DNA of 32,652 nt from Bacteroidaceae bacterium (GTDB taxonomy: Bacteria; Bacillota; Clostridia; Lachnospirales; Lachnospiraceae). Below, piece after piece: positions 28,149 to 32,652 of the stretch. The DNA lies in NCBI GenBank assembly GCA_963620375.1, contig CAVFAM010000344.1, forward strand, positions 1-32,652. The letters run 5' to 3'. Under the pieces are notes generated by a model, which saw only the letters and a list, made by a program, of their open reading frames with translations, searched no databases and had not been told where the DNA came from. The translations under genes and the position numbers were made by a program. Numbering within the stretch: the stretch's first letter is position 1; every line of letters begins with the position of its first letter.

Positions 28149-29338
28149 TTTATTTAGATAATAGTGCAACCTCTCCTATTGATGAGGAAGTTAGAGATGC
28201 GATGCTTCCATATTTGAATGAGGAGTTTGGAAATCCGTCAAGTAAATATTATTGCAAAGCAACTCATGCTAAGAATGCTGTCGAGGAAGCCAGAGAAAAG
28301 GTTGCAAGGTTGCTAGGTGCAAAGCCGGATGAGATTATTTTCACAGCTGGAGCAACAGAAAGTACAAATTTTATTATTAAGGGATATTTAGATTATAGAA
28401 AGTTTTACGGAGATGGCAGGAATCATGTGATTACATCTCTTGTAGAACACAAGGCAACATTAAACACCTGTAAGTATTTGAATGGTGAATTATATTCAAA
28501 CAATGATCCTACTACATCTTTATTTGGTGTAAAGAAAAAAGTAGATAGAGGATATGAAGCTTCATTTGTTGGAGTTACTCCAGATGGTGAGATTAGTGTT
28601 GAAGAAATTACTTCTGCAATTAAAGAAAATACAGCACTTGTATCAATGCTTTATGTGAATAACGAAATAGGGACAATAAGTGATGTTGAGTCAGTGGCAG
28701 AAATCTGTAAGAAGAATAACATTGCACTTCATTCTGATTTAACACAGGCTTTGGGTAAGATAGAAATTGATGTTAAGAGAATGGGAATTGATTATGCTTC
28801 TTGTTCTGCACACAAAATATATGGACCTAAAGGCATAGGCGCTGCATTTATGAAGTCTGATGCTTACGGGATAGTACCTATTACAGCATTTATGCATGGG
28901 GGTGAGCAGGAATTTGGATTCCGTGCAGGAACACATGCAGTTCATAATATTGTAGGTTTTGGCAAAGCAGCTGAAATAGCACTTAGAGATCTTAAGATAA
29001 ATGAAGCATATATAAAAAGTTTGGATGATATGTTGATTGAAGGTATTTCTACTATTGAAGGTGTTCATACAACTGTAGATATATCAAAGCGTTTACCTGG
29101 TATCATTAGTTTGGTAGTGGACAAAACTGATTTTCATAATGAGAGATTCATTAAGAAGATTAGCGAAGATGTGGCTTTGTCGACTGGATCTGCTTGTAGT
29201 GCTGGAGAACCATCTTATGTAATACAGGCACTTGGATTGGCAGATAAGGTTACAAAAGTACTTAGAGTATCTATAAACAAATATACAACAGCAAAAGATA
29301 TAGAAAAATTTGTAGGCATACTTAAAGCTGAAATTTAG
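28145..29338 (+). CDS. dndA: Cysteine desulfurase (DndA/IscS family)
   Basis: IYLDNSATSP, FGNPSS, EHKA, VNNEIG, SAHKIYGPKG (PLP lysine), STGSAC (catalytic Cys); ATGA overlap with dndE. Confidence 0.92.
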   Translation: MIYLDNSATSPIDEEVRDAMLPYLNEEFGNPSSKYYCKATHAKNAVEEAREKVARLLGAKPDEIIFTAGATESTNFIIKGYLDYRKFYGDGRNHVITSLVEHKATLNTCKYLNGELYSNNDPTTSLFGVKKKVDRGYEASFVGVTPDGEISVEEITSAIKENTALVSMLYVNNEIGTISDVESVAEICKKNNIALHSDLTQALGKIEIDVKRMGIDYASCSAHKIYGPKGIGAAFMKSDAYGIVPITAFMHGGEQEFGFRAGTHAVHNIVGFGKAAEIALRDLKINEAYIKSLDDMLIEGISTIEGVHTTVDISKRLPGIISLVVDKTDFHNERFIKKISEDVALSTGSACSAGEPSYVIQALGLADKVTKVLRVSINKYTTAKDIEKFVGILKAEI

Positions 29339-29353
29339 GAGGAATAACACGTT

Positions 29354-32300
29354 ATGGCATTAATGATGGATAACAAGCCAACTGAATATAAAGGTGAAGC
29401 GTTAGTATGGGAAAAACTGTCTTCATTATTGCCTAACGATGTTGTAGTCTACAATCATCGAGAGGTGGTTGATGATCGTGAATTTGATTTCGCATTACTT
29501 ATAAAAAATGTTGGAATTATGGTCATTGAAGTAAAAGGATGGCAGTCTCAGTACATCTTTGATGTGAAAGGTCCTGATGAAATTGTGATTCAAGGAGAAT
29601 CCCAAATTTATGGTTCTCCAGAGAAACAGGCAAGAGGATATAGATTTGATTGGCTGAATTTCTTGAATGACCAGTTTGCAATAAGTCCAGTTGTATTATC
29701 AATGGTATGTTATCCGTTTATATCAGAAAAAGAATATAAGGATGTAAGGTTAGACATTGTATCATCTAGGGATTTTACTATTTTCTCGGATGACCTGAAT
29801 TCAGCAACTAAACTAGGGCAGAAGATATCAAATGCATTTGTCAAGAAAAAGCCATTAAATAGTACTCCGTTTGATGAAAAAGCAATGGCTATAGTAAGAC
29901 AACATTTTGAACCATCATATAAGGCAAAGGATGATCAAATTGTAGAGGTTTCGGATGCATATTCATTACTGAAGGTATTCAACAAAGAATTAACAGAAAA
30001 GGATTCAGATGAACTGATAGAAATGTATTTTGCCGGAACAAAGATTGTTGCATTTGTTAAGAGTGAAATAGATTTGTTATCCGTTTGCGATAAGTTGGAA
30101 GCAGGATTTAATGCCAGAGGTATTATTTCTGATAAAGGAAATGTGAGATTGGCAGAAATAGATGAAAGAAATGATTTTAGTGGTGTATTTGGCTCATTTA
30201 GAATATTTAATTTTGAAATCTATACACATAATTTGGATTTGAATAACGATGAAATTATTGTAGAGGGACAATATACAGAACAACAAAAATTGATACTTGA
30301 AGAAATTGCAAATTCCACAAGTTGGAATTTTGATCAGTATAAGGTTGAACATGCAATGGGTGATAAAAATGTACTCGTTAAAGCAGGTGCGGGAACTGGT
30401 AAAACCTATTCAATGGTATCTCGTATTGCCTATTTGTGCATGAGTAGAAAACGATTTATAAATAATCTTGTAGATGAGATTGCTATGGTGACTTTTACGA
30501 ATGAAGCTGCTGATAATATGAAATTAAGACTAAAGCAGTATTTTATGAATTGTTATATTCTCACCAAAAACAAAAAAGTGCTACATGAAATAGAGGCTGT
30601 AGACTTAATGCAGATTTCGACCATACATAAATTTGCTAAAGCTGTTTTGCAAAGCAACGCTATGGAGTATGGACTGGGTGCGGATTTTGCAATTTCCTCA
30701 AGTGAGTATGCGAAAGAGCAGGTATATGAGAAATATCTTAATGATTTTCTGGTTCAAAAGCAAAAAGAAGATGCGAATTTTGCCCAACAACTAAGAATGC
30801 CTGTTCATAAGTTCAGAAAGTTGTTAATGCATTTTTCACAGCAATTATATAATAAGAGCTATGGGATTAAAGAACTTAAAGCAGAAAATCTGGGGACATT
30901 TGAAGAGTGGCCATTTTTTAATGATGTCATAATGAAGGTTATGATACCAGCAGAAAAAGAATACGAAGAACAGATATTTTCAAAAAATAAAATTGATCTA
31001 AAAGAAAGTATGCTATTACTGAACGATGCAGTAAATGGAGCGTTTAAGGAAAAATGTAGTCTTAAATATAAGTACTTATTTATTGATGAGTTTCAGGATA
31101 CTGATGATGTTCAGATTGATTCTTTCTTAAAGTTACAAAATGTGATTAAAGACACAAAGCTTTTTGTAGTTGGCGATTTAAAGCAGAGTATTTATCGTTT
31201 TAGAGGTGCGACAATTAGTGCGTTTGACCTAATTAGAACAGATAAAGAGAAATGGGAAGAATTTTCACTTACCATAAATTATAGAACTGATAAGAGATTA
31301 TTAGATAAATTTGATGCAGTATTTTCTAAAATGGGTTCAAAAGGATATTTGCCATTTCATAAAGGAAAGGATTCGCTGACCAGTAGTGTTGAGACGTATC
31401 TATCGGAACATGAGTTAGTGACCAAATTAGAGTATGACGGCGATGAGCAGAGGATGGAACAGCTCTTTGCAGAAATCGCAAGGCAGAAAGATATTATAAA
31501 ATATCTATCCAAGCATCATAAATTATCTTCTAAAGATATGATAATTGCCATTTTGGTAAGAGATAATTGGCAAATTCATAATATTTTGGAGGAAGCAAAG
31601 GTTCGAGGTGAGTTTATAGAAACTCAAGTAGGTGGAGATTTATATCAGCTTATGCCTGCTTTAGATTTGTATAAATTGGTAATTGCGCTGCTTAACCCGA
31701 GAGATCCAGTGAATCTTTTTAATTTGATAGATTCAAATTATGTAGGAATTCAGTTAGATATACAAGGATTACATGGTTTAGGTACAGAGGAGCAGGTAAA
31801 AAAGTTAACAGATGTACTTAATCAGTATTTCACAACTGTGATGAACACAACATGGGAAAAGATAATTATGGATACTAAGGTTCAACCAATTTTAATGCTT
31901 CTGAGGAGTATCTATGAAGGATGTCAGCCTTGGTATCAATATTCAGATACCGATAGTGAGCAAAGATTCTATAAAGCAAATTATGAATTGGTATTAGAGA
32001 AAATAATTAAAACATATAGTGTGGATTACTTAACTCTCAATGTGATAGAACACAGTATGCACATAAATATTATGACAAAGCAGGAAGAACTCGCACGAAA
32101 TATTGAGGTAGAGACTGATGATATACGAGTGATTTGTACTACTGTTCATAAAGCAAAAGGATTGGAATATGGATGCGTAATTATGCCATATATGGGTATG
32201 GATATTGCATCAATGAAGAAAGCTGATTTAGATGTGTATGTAGAAAATGAAAAACTTGCATATGGAATTAGAATTGGAGATGAACCAAACAAGAAATATA

Positions 32301-32458
32301 ATTCCAATTATGATGTATCGCAGGAACAAAATGAACGAGTTAACGAAGAAAGTCGAGTATTGTATGTAGCACTAACACGAGCTATCAGAAATGTTGTTTG
32401 GATGAAGGATATTAAATCAAAGAGCAAGATTTCGTGGCAGAATTTAATGGAGGTATAA
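29354..32458 (+). CDS. NERD nuclease-domain / UvrD-Rep (SF1A) helicase fusion
   Basis: N-terminal REFDFALL...IMVIEVKG...SPEKQA (NERD); helicase AGAGTGKT, TFTNEAA, STIHKF, IDEFQD, VGDLKQSIYRFRG, NYRT, TVHKAKGLEY, RVLYVALTRA. Confidence 0.9.
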   Translation: MALMMDNKPTEYKGEALVWEKLSSLLPNDVVVYNHREVVDDREFDFALLIKNVGIMVIEVKGWQSQYIFDVKGPDEIVIQGESQIYGSPEKQARGYRFDWLNFLNDQFAISPVVLSMVCYPFISEKEYKDVRLDIVSSRDFTIFSDDLNSATKLGQKISNAFVKKKPLNSTPFDEKAMAIVRQHFEPSYKAKDDQIVEVSDAYSLLKVFNKELTEKDSDELIEMYFAGTKIVAFVKSEIDLLSVCDKLEAGFNARGIISDKGNVRLAEIDERNDFSGVFGSFRIFNFEIYTHNLDLNNDEIIVEGQYTEQQKLILEEIANSTSWNFDQYKVEHAMGDKNVLVKAGAGTGKTYSMVSRIAYLCMSRKRFINNLVDEIAMVTFTNEAADNMKLRLKQYFMNCYILTKNKKVLHEIEAVDLMQISTIHKFAKAVLQSNAMEYGLGADFAISSSEYAKEQVYEKYLNDFLVQKQKEDANFAQQLRMPVHKFRKLLMHFSQQLYNKSYGIKELKAENLGTFEEWPFFNDVIMKVMIPAEKEYEEQIFSKNKIDLKESMLLLNDAVNGAFKEKCSLKYKYLFIDEFQDTDDVQIDSFLKLQNVIKDTKLFVVGDLKQSIYRFRGATISAFDLIRTDKEKWEEFSLTINYRTDKRLLDKFDAVFSKMGSKGYLPFHKGKDSLTSSVETYLSEHELVTKLEYDGDEQRMEQLFAEIARQKDIIKYLSKHHKLSSKDMIIAILVRDNWQIHNILEEAKVRGEFIETQVGGDLYQLMPALDLYKLVIALLNPRDPVNLFNLIDSNYVGIQLDIQGLHGLGTEEQVKKLTDVLNQYFTTVMNTTWEKIIMDTKVQPILMLLRSIYEGCQPWYQYSDTDSEQRFYKANYELVLEKIIKTYSVDYLTLNVIEHSMHINIMTKQEELARNIEVETDDIRVICTTVHKAKGLEYGCVIMPYMGMDIASMKKADLDVYVENEKLAYGIRIGDEPNKKYNSNYDVSQEQNERVNEESRVLYVALTRAIRNVVWMKDIKSKSKISWQNLMEV

Positions 32459-32459
32459 A

Positions 32460-32600
32460 ATGTCATTATCAATATATACTTACAGCAATCCATATGAAAT
32501 AAATAATGAACCCTATTGGGATTCAATAAGAAACTGTGCTCATTTTTGTGTTTCGCAGACAATGGTAAATGGATTGTCAGCAGTATATGATGAATTGTGA
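32460..32600 (+). pseudogene. Next operon gene, apparently truncated after 46 codons
   Basis: ATG 32460 lies 1 nt after the helicase stop with GGAGGT RBS; MSLSIYTYSNPYEINNEPYWDSIRNCAHFCVSQTMVNGLSAVYDEL*. The stop TGA lies within the putative IS end. Confidence 0.6.
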
Positions 32601-32652
32601 ATAATCTGCGCCAAAATGAGCCACCTGTCCGGTGAGAGTGAGCCACCATTCC
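32596..32652. mobile_element. Probable terminal region of an IS21-family insertion sequence (runs off window)
   Basis: Starts TG(TGAA); abrupt GC rise; tandem TGAGCCACC at 32617-32625 and 32639-32647 (22-bp period), each followed by nnTCC. Confidence 0.65.

Noticed and set aside
28145..29338. Housekeeping iscS/nifS Fe-S cluster gene
   Set aside because: No iscU, iscR or mnmA neighbours; translationally coupled to dndE.
29354..32458. AddA/RecB or PcrA housekeeping helicase
   Set aside because: The nuclease-like domain is an N-terminal NERD, there is no C-terminal RecB nuclease, and the context is a dnd operon on an ICE.
32308..32649. Minus-strand 113-aa ORF at the right edge
   Set aside because: It spans the putative IS end and antisense of two genes, with no protein-like features.
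32617..32652. TGAGCCACC repeats as the start of a CRISPR array
   Set aside because: The period is only 22 bp with no room for spacers, and no cas genes are present; an IS21-type end fits better.

Overview
This window looks like part of an integrative conjugative element (ICE) from a low-GC Firmicute, probably Lachnospiraceae/Clostridiales-like. It contains five blocks. (1) 1-2.9 kb: cargo made of a 5'-truncated XRE-HTH/membrane protein, an ABC-2 exporter pair and a BmrR-like MerR regulator, with a typical MerR-type promoter. (2) 3.1-22.6 kb: the ICE backbone, comprising a VirB2/Maff2-like pilin, VirB6-like protein, DUF4313-like protein, PrgI, VirB4, NlpC/P60 hydrolase, a 2527-aa ArdC-N/N6-methyltransferase/SNF2 helicase, sortase and a tandem SpoVG protein. 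A TnpV-like gene is nested in the +1 frame of the giant gene. (3) An AT-rich two-gene cassette with its own promoter, inserted between virB4 and the NlpC/P60 gene. (4) 22.7-32.5 kb: an AT-rich DNA phosphorothioation locus of atypical make-up. A second, divergent PAPS-reductase-family gene with a Zn-ribbon faces xre-dndC-dndD-dndE-dndA and a 1034-aa NERD nuclease/UvrD helicase. No dndB, dndFGH or pbe genes are seen. (5) At the right edge, the next gene of that operon appears cut after 46 codons by the end of a probable IS21-family insertion sequence. No relaxase, VirD4 or integrase is in the window. Family calls come from motif recognition by eye; no database searches were run.
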